From contig OZ244028.1 of assembly GCA_965214925.1 (NCBI GenBank), positions 3,592,205-3,656,204 of the forward strand: 64,000 nucleotides of DNA, in the 5' to 3' direction. The notes under the pieces were generated by a model, which saw nothing but the letters and a program-made list of their open reading frames with translations, had not been told where the DNA came from and did not search any database. Origin of the DNA: Candidatus Latescibacterota bacterium. Lineage in GTDB: Bacteria; Latescibacterota; UBA2968. Below are positions 1 to 8,764 of this stretch, piece after piece. The position numbers and the translations under genes were made by a program. The number at the start of each line of letters is the position of its first letter. Position 1 is the first letter of the stretch.

Positions 1-441
1 ACGGACATTGCAAACCTCAAGCGCAAAGTCGAATCCGGCGGCGATATCGTTATCACACAGCTTTTTTACAACAACGATCACTTTTTTCGCTTTGTCGATC
101 GCGCGCGCGCAGCCTACATCACCGCGCCCATTGTGCCAGGCCTTATGCCCATCCTCTCGGCAGGGCAAATCCAACGCATCGCGTCTTTGTGCGGGGCCGA
201 GATCCCCGTGGACTTGCAGGACCAACTCAACCGCGCCAGAGACGATAAAGACACGGCCGTGCAAATCGGCATTGATCAGTGCATTGCCCAAGCGACCCAA
301 TTGCTCGAACAAGGCGCGCCGGGCATTCACTTTTACGTGCTCAACCAATCCACCCACATGCGCCGCATTATCAACGCCCTTCCCCTGAGCGCGGATGAAA
401 AATTTACGTCATCTGCGGTCAAATCTGCGCTTGGGTTGTGA
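1..441 (+). CDS. metF: 5,10-methylenetetrahydrofolate reductase, C-terminal part; the gene is truncated at the window start
   Basis: Frame-1 translation TDIANLKRKVESGGDIVITQLFYNNDHFF...PGLMPILSAGQIQRIASLCGAEIP matches conserved MetF C-terminal blocks. Stop codon at 439-441. Confidence 0.85.
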   Translation, partial: TDIANLKRKVESGGDIVITQLFYNNDHFFRFVDRARAAYITAPIVPGLMPILSAGQIQRIASLCGAEIPVDLQDQLNRARDDKDTAVQIGIDQCIAQATQLLEQGAPGIHFYVLNQSTHMRRIINALPLSADEKFTSSAVKSALGL

Positions 442-819
442 AAGGACCAGTCTTTTGAATACCAAACTTTTCGACCCGAAATTGATTAACAAACCCACTT
501 CTAACCGATATGCCTTCAAGTAATTTAATGTCTGTGCCATGTGTGCATCTTCCAATGCAGAGATAGCTTTCAATTCTACCAATACTTTTCCTTCGACCAC
601 AAAATCGGCTCTGCGCGTGCCAATGGGCTCTGACAATTCTTTGTAGAAAATGTGTTGCTCAATTTCACGCGCAAATGCCAACCCCGCCTGTGTCATCTCA
701 AACGCCAAGGCCCGCTGATAAATGACCTCTTGGAAGCCATTGCCCAAAAATTTATGCACTTCAAAGGCTGCCCCAATAATTTTTTCCGTTATCTCGCGAT
801 ATTTCAGACTGTTGCTCAT
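409..819 (-). CDS. GxxExxY-family protein (PD-(D/E)XK-like fold)
   Basis: Motif GNGFQEVIYQRAL is the GxxExxY signature. The probable start is the internal MSNSLKY at 819 rather than the upstream extension. Confidence 0.7.
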   Translation of the reverse strand: MSNSLKYREITEKIIGAAFEVHKFLGNGFQEVIYQRALAFEMTQAGLAFAREIEQHIFYKELSEPIGTRRADFVVEGKVLVELKAISALEDAHMAQTLNYLKAYRLEVGLLINFGSKSLVFKRLVLSQPKRRFDRR

Positions 820-842
820 TATCTCTTTTTTCCTCCCCTGAT

Positions 843-945
843 CGCGGATTGTCGCGGATGAAAGGATTGCGCGGATTAAACCCATTCCCTCTGCACGACC
901 CGTAACGTCTAATCCGCGCCATCTGTGTCATCCCCCTAATCCGCG
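843..945. promoter_or_regulatory. Cluster of five 8-bp CGCGGATT/AATCCGCG motifs, three forward and two inverted
   Basis: Forward copies at 843-850, 853-860 and 870-877; inverted copies at 911-918 and 938-945. The cluster lies in the upstream region of the GxxExxY gene and the 3' end of the methyltransferase gene. Related copies occur at 25887-25912. Confidence 0.3.
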
Positions 946-3900
946 ATCCACCGCAGTAATTTCTTCCTCCGTCAGCCTGTATAGCCCATAGACTAATCGA
1001 TCTATCTCCCCTTCCTGCTCCCCGGTGTCCACCGCCGGGTCGTCCGCTTTAGCTTGCAGGATGCGCTCCACCAAGCGAATGAACGGACGCTGCTTTTCGG
1101 CAGGGATTCCAGGGATGGGGATGACTTCAACCGAACTGCGAATCCATCGAGTTACTCCCATTCCAGAATTGAGTGCCGTGTTCCCCATAAACCAAGTGAT
1201 CAGGCGGGAGTTGAGTATCGCGCATAGATACTTAATTGCTTGCCCAGACATTATAAAGCAAGTGTTCACGCAGAACATTTCACCTTCGTTATAGGCAAAT
1301 CGCCCTTGCTCTGTCAGATCCATCCATACCAGCTTTTCTTTGGCAAATTCGTCGTGGTAGGCGCAGTTGCGGAGATTGTAAGGTGTCTTGCCTTTGTCCT
1401 GCCGCTTTTCCAGTCTCTGATAGAACGTGTCCAGATGGGCTTTGATGGCCGGGTAATCGTCAATGTTGATAGCGGGAACATCGCCGTATCCGCTGTGCGT
1501 ATCAATCAGCCATAACCCCGCCCATTGTGCTTGATACTGCTGAATATCCCGGCCGCGTAGCACAGGCTTGATGATCTCCGCGGAGTTCGGGTCTTTGGTA
1601 ACAAGTACCTGCCGGGTCGCATTGTCTATTATAAAAGCATTGTTGTAGCCGGTCTTGATACCCATGTTAATGGACACATCCCATTCTTTTAGCGGCGTCC
1701 CAATGGCCTCTATCTTGTCCATCACGCTCTGTTCGGTAGCCGAAAGCGCACTCCACGGCTTTTCACCTTGTGGTCGGAACTGTCCCCAAAGACTCGCGTC
1801 GGGCGGGAAGGTTTTATCGGTCAGACGGTCCATATCCACGGCCTTGCCGGTCTCGCCACTTTTGCCGTGACGCACGATCAGGATGTTCGTATCCACAATG
1901 GCGTTTTCAAAAACGTCCTTGCCCATTTCCAGCAGTTGCAGCGGCGTATGTTTCTCCGCGAAATAGCGGCGCGTCGCCTTGCCGTATTCCGCCTTTAGCC
2001 AACTGTTGGACGTGATGTAAGACAGCAGGCCGTGCTGCGGCTTCAGCAGTTGGCAACCTTTCTCGTAGAAAAGCTGGTAAACGTCGCCGGTGCGGGCGAA
2101 GGTGGCGTAGCCAGCGTCTTTGTAGAGCCGCCCCAATTCGCCGCGGTTTTTCTGCAACTGGATATACGGCGGATTGCCAATCACCACATCGAAGCCATCG
2201 GCGATGCCAAACATATACTCAGCGTCGAACCAATCCGCCTTTGCGTTCTGATCGTAGGGATCCCAATGCGCGATTTTATTGGCGTCGTCCTCGGGCAGGC
2301 CGGCCGCGTTCAATTCCCTTGCCAATGCCTCGCGCAACCTTTTGTCCTCGTTCTTGCACGCCAGCTTTTGTGGTCGCGTGGTCGCGTGAAAATGCCGCTC
2401 GCGGTTTTCCGCCAGTCTCGTTTTCAGGGTCTCGATCTGTTGACGGAACAAGTCCAGTTGATCCGCATCTTCGAGCTTCAGTAGCGTATTGGCCGCCACA
2501 AAGCGCGTCTCCAGATTGGGCAGCGGCTTGATGCCGAAGTTATCCGCGGCCTCATCTGCTTCCTGCTCAATGGCTAGCGAAATGAAGAAGCGCAACTTGG
2601 CGATCTGACAGGCGATGGACTGAATATCGACACCGAAGATGCTGTTTTGGATCAGGTACAGCTTGCGCCCGAAATCCGAGTCGCGGTAGTGCTCAAAGGT
2701 CTCGCTGATCTCTTTGAGTTCGGCATCGCGATCTTCCCAATCGTCCGTTTCGTACGCCGACCTCGTCCGTTCCATCGCGAGCTCTTTTTGCAACTGCTCC
2801 CAGCGGCTGTTGTCGGGGTCGAGCCGTTTTAAGGCCAAGGTCAGTTTGTGCAACACGCCCATGGGAAACGCGCCAGAACCGACCGCCGGGTCGAGCACCT
2901 TGATCTCGGAAATCGTCCGCATAATCCCTGCCGCTTCGTCTGCCTCAAAAAGTTCATGGGCATCGTTGAACTCATCCTCATAATCCAACAAATAGCGCAG
3001 CCGTTCCTGCCAGAAATCGCGGTCGCCATCATCGGGTCGCGCTTTTTCCGTCAAAAACGCCACCAACGCCTCATCCACCATGTAGTCCACTACGGCGCGG
3101 GGCGTGTAGTAGGAGCCGGTCTGCTTGCGGGCGGTGTCGCGGGTCTCTGGGTTGTAGGCTGCCAACAGGTTCTCAAACACTTTGCCGAGAAGCTCCGGGT
3201 CGAGCGCGACTTCCTGTTCGGCGGGCGTGTTTTCCTCCACCGTGAACTTGTAGCGATTGAATAGGGTGATCAGCCCGTCGGCGCACCCTGAGCCTGCCGA
3301 AGCGTCGTCAAAGAACAGGCGGTTGGGAATGCTCAATTTGTGGTAATGGACGTCGGAAAAGCAGTCAATGCGCCAACCGCCATACGTTGTAGCCTCCTCG
3401 CTGTCCAAGCAGTCGAATAGCCCGCCGTTGATAAAGGGCGTTTGGCAAAACAAGGCCAAGAGCGCGTCCGGGTCGCGCATTTCTTGCTTGTAGCGATAGC
3501 GGGAGAAATCGCGGTGGGTGGCGTTTTTCACTTGGCTAAAACCGCGCGTGTCGATTTCGGTGTTGAGAGTAGCGAAAAACAGGTTTTGCAACACCGCGCG
3601 ATAATAGGAGTCGCCACCGTCGCGGTCATAGTTTTTCAGCAGAGGGCGGATTTGCGCCTCAATGAACAGGGCGTCGGCGATGAGTCCTTTTTCCTTGATG
3701 AACCAGACGAATAGCAGGCGGGTGATGAGACGGATGACGTGTTCTTCGGCGTGCAGAGTTCGCGCTTCGCTGGTCGGGAACCGCGCCTCGTTGACCGCGC
3801 GCTCAAACCATTCGTACAAGTCTCGGTAGAACCGCCGGTTCAGTTCCTCGGTGTCCAAGGCGTCCAGCCAAGCGTCTAACAGGCCGTCAAAATTGTGCGC

Positions 3901-4602
3901 TCTGTCGTGCTTGCTCATCCACCCCAAGCGGTCGTCCAACGCCAAGTCCGCCAGTATGTCGAGATGGGCGCGGTGTGGATCGGCCGGGTCGATCTCCCGT
4001 ATCAGCGACACACTGCCCAGCACATCGCGCTCGGGATCGCGCCGATGCGGGCGGCGGTGAACAAAGGACAGGGAGAGGAGGCTGTCAGCGGTCTTGAACA
4101 GCACCACGGCCGGCATTGGAAATCGCTTGTTGATCTCGCGGGTAAATGCGGCGTATTGGCCGCGGGGGTAGGACGTGCCCTTTAGCTCCACAGCGGCAAA
4201 GAGGAAGCTACGCGCGTTGCCTGTGTCAAAATCGCCCGTGTTGAACAGCGCACTTGAACTGCTGGCGCAGTTGTACCCCGGTGGCGCGGGCGCGACTTCA
4301 TCATCGGTCAACTGAAAAATGAGCCGCACGGATTGGGCGTTCTCGCGGAATGCCTGCTCGGTGTGAACTGCTGGCGCAGTTGTACCCCGGTGGGTGTTTT
4401 CATTGGACGCTGGGAATTGCTCGATAAAGTCATCCGCGCTTCCCGAAAGTGCCACCGTGCGCTCGCTCTGATAGCCGAGGACTTTGAGCAGGGCTTTGCT
4501 ATCCGACAAAAAATCCCCGTGAACTGCTGGCGCAGTTGTACCCCGGTGGGGCACAGCCGCCAAAGCAGACCGAATGCGCGCTATGAGATCGCCATTGCTC
4601 AT
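928..4602 (-). CDS. Type IIG/IIL-like restriction-modification fusion protein (MmeI/PglX-like): N-terminal PD-(D/E)xK nuclease, central N6-adenine methyltransferase, C-terminal target-recognition region
   Basis: Methyltransferase motif I LDPAVGSGAFP and motif IV VIGNPPYIQ. N-terminal GDFDTGN...FAAVELK gives a D...ExK nuclease motif. Total ~1,220 aa. The probable start MSNGDL at 4602 has an AAGGA ribosome-binding site and overlaps the upstream helicase stop as ATGA. Confidence 0.8.
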   Translation of the reverse strand: MSNGDLIARIRSALAAVPHRGTTAPAVHGDFLSDSKALLKVLGYQSERTVALSGSADDFIEQFPASNENTHRGTTAPAVHTEQAFRENAQSVRLIFQLTDDEVAPAPPGYNCASSSSALFNTGDFDTGNARSFLFAAVELKGTSYPRGQYAAFTREINKRFPMPAVVLFKTADSLLSLSFVHRRPHRRDPERDVLGSVSLIREIDPADPHRAHLDILADLALDDRLGWMSKHDRAHNFDGLLDAWLDALDTEELNRRFYRDLYEWFERAVNEARFPTSEARTLHAEEHVIRLITRLLFVWFIKEKGLIADALFIEAQIRPLLKNYDRDGGDSYYRAVLQNLFFATLNTEIDTRGFSQVKNATHRDFSRYRYKQEMRDPDALLALFCQTPFINGGLFDCLDSEEATTYGGWRIDCFSDVHYHKLSIPNRLFFDDASAGSGCADGLITLFNRYKFTVEENTPAEQEVALDPELLGKVFENLLAAYNPETRDTARKQTGSYYTPRAVVDYMVDEALVAFLTEKARPDDGDRDFWQERLRYLLDYEDEFNDAHELFEADEAAGIMRTISEIKVLDPAVGSGAFPMGVLHKLTLALKRLDPDNSRWEQLQKELAMERTRSAYETDDWEDRDAELKEISETFEHYRDSDFGRKLYLIQNSIFGVDIQSIACQIAKLRFFISLAIEQEADEAADNFGIKPLPNLETRFVAANTLLKLEDADQLDLFRQQIETLKTRLAENRERHFHATTRPQKLACKNEDKRLREALARELNAAGLPEDDANKIAHWDPYDQNAKADWFDAEYMFGIADGFDVVIGNPPYIQLQKNRGELGRLYKDAGYATFARTGDVYQLFYEKGCQLLKPQHGLLSYITSNSWLKAEYGKATRRYFAEKHTPLQLLEMGKDVFENAIVDTNILIVRHGKSGETGKAVDMDRLTDKTFPPDASLWGQFRPQGEKPWSALSATEQSVMDKIEAIGTPLKEWDVSINMGIKTGYNNAFIIDNATRQVLVTKDPNSAEIIKPVLRGRDIQQYQAQWAGLWLIDTHSGYGDVPAINIDDYPAIKAHLDTFYQRLEKRQDKGKTPYNLRNCAYHDEFAKEKLVWMDLTEQGRFAYNEGEMFCVNTCFIMSGQAIKYLCAILNSRLITWFMGNTALNSGMGVTRWIRSSVEVIPIPGIPAEKQRPFIRLVERILQAKADDPAVDTGEQEGEIDRLVYGLYRLTEEEITAVDRGLGG
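4255..4549. repeat. Three direct copies of a 30-bp palindromic element TGAACTGCTGGCGCAGTTGTACCCCGGTGG inside the 5' coding region of the methyltransferase gene
   Basis: Copies at 4255-4284, 4364-4393 and 4520-4549. The core AACTGC-TGGC-GCAGTT is a perfect 6-bp inverted repeat. Copies 2 and 3 are translated as HRGTTAPAVH. A fourth copy lies at 26959-26984. Confidence 0.8.
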
Positions 4603-5555
4603 GTCTGATCCTTTGCAATAATCAGCCATGTTACCAATTCAAAATCAACATGGCTCGGTTTTGTGGATTTAGCCGGCAGTCTGAAATCGCGCGAGCCGCG
4701 AATGCCCAATTGTCGGATTTGCCTTGCGGTGTTCGCCCCGCTGATGTGGGCAATGACCGCGTCCAACAATTTGTTGTAACGCGCCATGTCCCGGCCGTTT
4801 TGGGTATCGCTGTCAAACTGATCGCAAAGTCTTTGAAGCGGTTCGGTCTTGCCAACAGCCGCGGATTCAAACAACTCGAGCACCTGTCTGGCATTGGCAC
4901 AACCGTAGCGAATATCGCCTGTCTGCCGTGCCGGCACAGGCAGGCCGCTGTCGCGGATGTACACGGCATAGTACGGATGAATTGGGCTGGCGGATTTTTC
5001 CCGCTTGTCCGCGCCGGCATTGCGCTGGCGCAAAAAAAATATCGCGCCCGAGCGTGCGATGTCGCCCTTCCCGTCGGTTACGGCGTATGATCCGTTGGGC
5101 GTTGCTTCCAGTTCCGCCTTGTTTTTCTTCAAATACCGCAACAACTGGGCAAAAAAGTAATCGAGCGTAAAGTCGCTCATAACGACGCCGTCGGACAACT
5201 CGTCCAAGTCCAGAACCTCTTCGCGCATTTTCTTTAATTGCTCGTCGCGGAAGTTAAGCTCCATCTGAATCTGGTCAGCCGGGTCTTCGTTCAACGGATC
5301 GTCGTCGCCGCTACCCGCCGCGTCCGCCAAAGCCATGCGCGCTTCAACGCGGTTTCGCAGGCGCAAATAGACGTCCATGTCCCGCGTGGGCCAGTAGTTG
5401 ATCATTTGCACCGATGGGTTGCGACTGCCAATGCGGTCAACGCGCCCGAAACGCTGGATGATACGCACCGGATTCCAGTGGATGTCGTAGTTGAGCACGG
5501 TGTCGCAATCTTGCAGGTTCTGTCCCTCCGAAATGCAATCGGTGGCAATCAGCAA
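4599..5555 (-). CDS. SNF2-family helicase, C-terminal (helicase C) fragment; the downstream half of a frameshifted PLD-SNF2 gene
   Basis: LIATDCISEGQNLQDCDTVLNYDIHWNP...QRFGRVDRIG matches SNF2 motifs V and VI. The frame is open upstream of the annotated Met (..ATDIDGEIDLLIATD) and is +1 relative to the upstream ORF. Confidence 0.7.
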   Translation of the reverse strand: MLIATDCISEGQNLQDCDTVLNYDIHWNPVRIIQRFGRVDRIGSRNPSVQMINYWPTRDMDVYLRLRNRVEARMALADAAGSGDDDPLNEDPADQIQMELNFRDEQLKKMREEVLDLDELSDGVVMSDFTLDYFFAQLLRYLKKNKAELEATPNGSYAVTDGKGDIARSGAIFFLRQRNAGADKREKSASPIHPYYAVYIRDSGLPVPARQTGDIRYGCANARQVLELFESAAVGKTEPLQRLCDQFDSDTQNGRDMARYNKLLDAVIAHISGANTARQIRQLGIRGSRDFRLPAKSTKPSHVDFELVTWLIIAKDQT

Positions 5556-5556
5556 A

Positions 5557-7887
5557 TCAATTTCGCCATCTATGTCGGTCGCGGGCGCGCCCGCGCGCCC
5601 GCGGCGCGAAGTTGGTCAAGATCGCGTTGAAATTATTGTCGCCAAACGCGGTGCGCGTGGCGTCGCCACAGACCATCGCCATGTGTATCTCGAGTTCGTT
5701 TGCCAAATCCGCCAAGTTCTCGTAAAGGTATGCCGCCGTGTCCTTGAATGTGGTGAACACCAGCATTTTGCGGTTGGTCTTGCCATCCTCGTCCATCGTC
5801 GGATTTCGCGCCTTGTCCCGAATGCGCGCCTTAATCGCTTCGAGCTTGCCGTCCCGCTCGGGCGTGATCTCGGCGACCTTTTTCCACACCGCGGTCAGAA
5901 CTTTTTTGTCGTTGAGCAAATCCTTCTTCCAGCGGGGCAAATCCAACTCGCGCAGGTGATAGGGCGTGCGCGCCCGATTGATCAGAAACTCCTCGTCGTC
6001 CTCGTCGTCATTCGGGAGGATGTCGGCTTGTTCGTCCAACAGCAGGTTTTGCCCATAGCGGTCTATCTTTTTTAACAGATCGTCAATTTTGCCGACCGTG
6101 CGCCCGAGGGTTTCCGTCAGCGCGTGCGCGGAACTCTCCAAGCGTTTGAGAAAGTTCGTCCGCATCATGCCGATGAGGAATCGCTCGCGGTCCTCCTGAT
6201 TGAACCGCAGTTGCTTTTTTTCATTCGCCAACCGCTTTTTTGCCTCTTCGCCGGTGACATAGCCAGATGGCCGGTAAATGGACAGGGCGAATTGCCCGAT
6301 TTGCTCGGACAAATCCCGATAGGAAAGTTCGCGCGTGACGTCGGTCAGCGGATAGCCATTTTCCGGCGGCAACTGCGTGGGAAAATCGCCGATGCGGTGC
6401 ATTTCCTCGGCATAGAACGTCTCGATCTGTCGCCGCGAGCGCGCGATGGAAACGCCGCCCAACAACAACAAAAAATCAGCCCCCAGCGAATCCAACAACT
6501 CGCCCTTGTCTTTTTTTTTCGCGTTGGACTCCCAGGCCTTGAACTCCTTTTGCGCCTGTCCGAGCAAGGTGCCGATATGTCCAATGCCCAGACTTTCCCG
6601 GAACACATCCTCGCGCTTTTCGGTCATCAGATAAATCTGATTGCGGAGGTCGATGAGCGAGGTATTGACCGGCGTCGCGGAAAGCATCAGCACCTTGGTT
6701 TGCGTGCCTTCTTTGATCACTTCCTCCAACAGCCGCGAGTAGCGGCTGTGGCGAATTTTGCCATCATCGTCCAATCGGGGCTTGGTATCATTGCGGAAGT
6801 TGTGCGATTCGTCAATGACCACCACATCGAGATTGCGCCAGTTGAAATTTGCCAGATCAATATCGCCGGCTCGTCCCCTGCTGCGAGACAAGTCCGTGTG
6901 CGACAACAACGTGTAGCCAAAGCGATCCGCGGCAAAAGGATTGTGGGCATGGGCGTTATACACCGGATATAGCGCCCAGTTTTCGCGCAGCTTTTTGGGG
7001 CACAAGACCAGCACGCGCTCGTTTCGCAACTCAAAGAACTTGATCACCGCCAACGCCGTGTAGGTCTTTCCCAAGCCCACGCTGTCGGCCAAGATGCAGC
7101 CGTTGTGCCGCAACAAACGGGCGATCGCGCTTTTGGCGCCGTCTTTCTGAAAGCCGTACAGCGCGTTCCAAATCCGCGTGTCGTACAGGTGCGTATCCTC
7201 GAGTTGGCTTTCGCCCTTTTGTCTGTCTTCTATATCTGCCCGAAACAACTCGTAGAGCGTTTTGTAATAGATAAATTCCGGCGCGCAGTCTTTGCCGATT
7301 CGCGCCAGCGCGGCCAACACCTCCTTTTTGACATCCACAGTCAACGCGCGGTCTGCCCACAGGTCGTCAAACCACGCGCGCAGTTCCGCGCAGATTTCCG
7401 CGTCGCAGGTCGCCAGGTTGATTTCCATATTTGCGCGCGTCCCCCCGCCCAAGCCGCTGCGCGTGAAGTTGGAACTGCCGACCACCGCTGCGCCGCGGTT
7501 GGGCGATTCCGCGAGATACATCTTGCCATGCAGAAAATTGGATTTGCCGACAGAGCGGATTTTGACCCCTTTGCCGCGCACCCATGCGGCGCATTGCCGC
7601 GCCACATATTTCTGCTGCAACGCGCGATTCGGCGAGAGTCTGCCTTCGGTCAGGTCAAAAAATTTCCGCGCGCGCTCGCCGGGGTCCAACTCGCCAACCG
7701 ATGCCGGATCTCCAAAGAGAAACCGCACATCCCCGACGCGGGCGAGCGCGTCCTTCAGCAATTCATAGCCGTAAATGGTAAAATACGCGGAAACCAGCCT
7801 GAATACCTTCGCGGAGGGCAAATGTCCGCGCAGATAATCCGCGACCCGCTCGCGGCGATTGTCCAGAATGTGTTCGTATTTTTGCAT
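5557..7887 (-). CDS. PLD-family nuclease domain fused to an SNF2 helicase N-terminal ATPase domain; the upstream half of the frameshifted gene
   Basis: HKD motif HGKMYL...GSSNFT. Walker A GLGKTYT, DEAH-like VVIDESHNFRN and motif III LMLSATPV. Start MQKYEHIL at 7887 follows a GGGGGAG ribosome-binding site. The ORF terminates inside the GC repeat at 5581-5608. Confidence 0.75.
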   Translation of the reverse strand: MQKYEHILDNRRERVADYLRGHLPSAKVFRLVSAYFTIYGYELLKDALARVGDVRFLFGDPASVGELDPGERARKFFDLTEGRLSPNRALQQKYVARQCAAWVRGKGVKIRSVGKSNFLHGKMYLAESPNRGAAVVGSSNFTRSGLGGGTRANMEINLATCDAEICAELRAWFDDLWADRALTVDVKKEVLAALARIGKDCAPEFIYYKTLYELFRADIEDRQKGESQLEDTHLYDTRIWNALYGFQKDGAKSAIARLLRHNGCILADSVGLGKTYTALAVIKFFELRNERVLVLCPKKLRENWALYPVYNAHAHNPFAADRFGYTLLSHTDLSRSRGRAGDIDLANFNWRNLDVVVIDESHNFRNDTKPRLDDDGKIRHSRYSRLLEEVIKEGTQTKVLMLSATPVNTSLIDLRNQIYLMTEKREDVFRESLGIGHIGTLLGQAQKEFKAWESNAKKKDKGELLDSLGADFLLLLGGVSIARSRRQIETFYAEEMHRIGDFPTQLPPENGYPLTDVTRELSYRDLSEQIGQFALSIYRPSGYVTGEEAKKRLANEKKQLRFNQEDRERFLIGMMRTNFLKRLESSAHALTETLGRTVGKIDDLLKKIDRYGQNLLLDEQADILPNDDEDDEEFLINRARTPYHLRELDLPRWKKDLLNDKKVLTAVWKKVAEITPERDGKLEAIKARIRDKARNPTMDEDGKTNRKMLVFTTFKDTAAYLYENLADLANELEIHMAMVCGDATRTAFGDNNFNAILTNFAPRARGRARDRHRWRN

Positions 7888-7922
7888 CTTGCTCTCCCCC
7901 CTCAATGAGCAGTGTTTTGCCC

Positions 7923-8762
7923 TCAGAATTTGTTATTCCAATCATCGGTTGCGTATTTCTCCGCGACGAGGCGTTGGGTTTCCGCGCGTTCGGCCGCGCT
8001 GAATGTCGCTTCGATCAGATGGATGTCAAAGGTCTCTTGGATGCCCTGCTGGATGGCGGCGGCCGCGGTGTCAAAATCAATGGTGCTTGCAAGGGCTTCT
8101 GAGAGCGAGATCGTGTGGCGGTCGAGTTCGCGGCGAAAGCGTTTTTGCAGGCCCGGTTTGTCATCGGGCAGCAGATCGACAATTTGTTTGTGTTCTGCGC
8201 CGAGCAAGAGAGATCCGTGCTGCAAGAGCATGGCGCCGATGCGCTGTTGCGCGCTGCCGATGAGTTTGCGACCTCTGAATGTGACTTCGTATTGCGCGGC
8301 ACTGGTAAAACACGGCGCGGTGAGGGCTTTGCCGCGCGGGCCGGGCTGTGTTTGGCGGCGGGATTCAAAGGTCGCGTCAACACCCAGGGCGCGAATCCCC
8401 GCCAGAAGACCCCGACTGATTTTGCGATACGCGTCGTGGATACTGCCCCCCATCGTGGGGTCGTCGGCAGCGCAGACCACGCTGTAGGTCAGTTCGTTCC
8501 AGTGTAAAATCGCGCGCCCACCGGTTGGGCGGCGGACAATGTCAATACCGCGCGCGCGAACTTTTTGGGCATCCACTTCGCGGCGGACGCGCTGCGCGTA
8601 TCCAAAGGAGATCGCGGGGGGTTGCCACCCGTAAACGCGAAACGCGGGCAAAGTGCCCTTTGCAACCGCGCGCACGAGGGCTTCGTCTGCCGCCATATTA
8701 AAAAAGGCGTTTCCATGTTGGGTATTTAGGAAACGCCATGTGGGGATGGTGCGGTGTGTCAC
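7923..8762 (-). CDS. Lipoate-protein ligase / octanoyltransferase family protein (BPL/LPL catalytic domain)
   Basis: GGRAILH block and overall LplA/LipM-like N-terminal pattern. Confidence 0.65.
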   Translation of the reverse strand: MTHRTIPTWRFLNTQHGNAFFNMAADEALVRAVAKGTLPAFRVYGWQPPAISFGYAQRVRREVDAQKVRARGIDIVRRPTGGRAILHWNELTYSVVCAADDPTMGGSIHDAYRKISRGLLAGIRALGVDATFESRRQTQPGPRGKALTAPCFTSAAQYEVTFRGRKLIGSAQQRIGAMLLQHGSLLLGAEHKQIVDLLPDDKPGLQKRFRRELDRHTISLSEALASTIDFDTAAAAIQQGIQETFDIHLIEATFSAAERAETQRLVAEKYATDDWNNKF

Positions 8763-8764
8763 GG

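Noticed and set aside
4255-4549. Possible CRISPR array, on the basis of three identical ~30-bp partially palindromic repeats
   Set aside because: Only three copies, with irregular spacers of 79 and 126 bp. The repeats lie inside an open reading frame and are translated. There are no cas genes in the window. The fourth copy is isolated at 26959.
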